This document shows, piece by piece, positions 63,271 through 64,000 of a DNA stretch of 64,000 nucleotides. Below the pieces are notes generated by a model, which was not told the origin of the DNA, searched no databases, and saw only the letters and a list, made by a program, of their open reading frames with translations. The position numbers were made by a program, and so were the translations under genes. The stretch is taken from the NCBI GenBank assembly GCA_026023565.1, contig JAPETS010000003.1:682001-746000 (forward strand), in the 5' to 3' direction. Position 1 is the first letter of the stretch. Every line of letters begins with the position of its first letter. The DNA comes from Cirrosporium novae-zelandiae. Taxonomy: Eukaryota.

Positions 63271-64000
63271 ATGGAGGTCGCTCAGCAAGAGGTAGCTCCC
63301 GACCACCGCGGGCAGCATAGCCTCTCAAATAAGAAAGAGATGGGGAAAACCTCTGCTACAACTCAAAGCATGGAAGCCGTCAAAGACGTTCTCTTTGGAT
63401 CTGTATGCATCAATTCTTTCTCTTCTCCTCTAAACTCAATAGTTTCGATCACTAACTCGTGGAAAATATAGACTGCAGGTATCATGGGCAAATTCATTGA
63501 ATACCCTTTTGACACTGTGAAAGTACGCTTGCAATCACAACCAGCGCATCCTCCTTTCCTCTACAGTGGTCCACTTGATTGCTTTCGCAAGTCACTTCAA
63601 GCGGACGGTATTCACAGTCTATATCGAGGAATTAGCGCGCCACTATTGGGCGCAGCGATTGAAACATCATGTCTTTTTTTTAGTTACAGAGTCGCGCAAG
63701 ACATACTGCAGGCCACAATTCTACCAAGCGACAAGCCATTGTCGTTCCCTGCGTTGTTGACTTGTGGTGCTATGTCTGGTTCTTTCACCTCTGTGTTTTT
63801 AACACCAATTGAACTTATCAAGTGCAAGATGCAAGTCTCTGCTGACTCCATTCACATTGCCCGTCGCCCTGGTCCTCTCACTATTGTTGCATCTATCTAC
63901 CGCCATGAAGGCCTTTTTGGTTTTTGGCATGGTCAACTTGGTACTCTTATTCGTGAGACTGGGGGCTCAGCTGCCTGGTTTGGGTCCTATGAAGGTGTTT
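63271..64000 (+). CDS. Mitochondrial carrier, ornithine-carrier (Ort1/AmcA) type, 3'-truncated by window; intron 63403-63471
   Basis: Solcar motifs [40 protein letters not shown] and [18 protein letters not shown]. Confidence 0.9.

Overview
Eukaryotic genomic DNA from a filamentous ascomycete (Pezizomycotina-type genes with short GT-AG introns and CTAAC/CTGAC branch points; AT-rich, microsatellite-rich intergenic DNA). About 20 protein-coding genes can be built by hand: a small cupin, a conserved fungal hypothetical protein, csn4, an F-box protein, tfg2, a questin-oxidase/HypA-like protein, a HECT_2/UBE3D-like protein, an intronless USP-like cysteine-protease ORF, a tsc10-like SDR, dpp5, dapB, hapB, trm5, rpb4, trs23, rpn10, an SMP/LEA-like protein, a borealin-N protein and a partial mitochondrial ornithine carrier. 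There is also an intron-containing tRNA-Met(CAT). The signals the ORF track does not show are mostly non-coding. (1) An oversized intron of the HECT_2 gene holds an H/ACA hairpin whose pocket fits U2 snRNA U42 (snR81-like). (2) An oversized rpb4 intron holds a second candidate H/ACA guide (snR189-like). (3) About 3 kb upstream of hapB is almost free of sense-strand ATG and carries two introns that remove the proximal ATGs. (4) An orphan USP-like protease gene lies beside the tRNA. No CRISPR array, rRNA or intact transposase was seen. All family assignments come from recalled motifs, not database searches.
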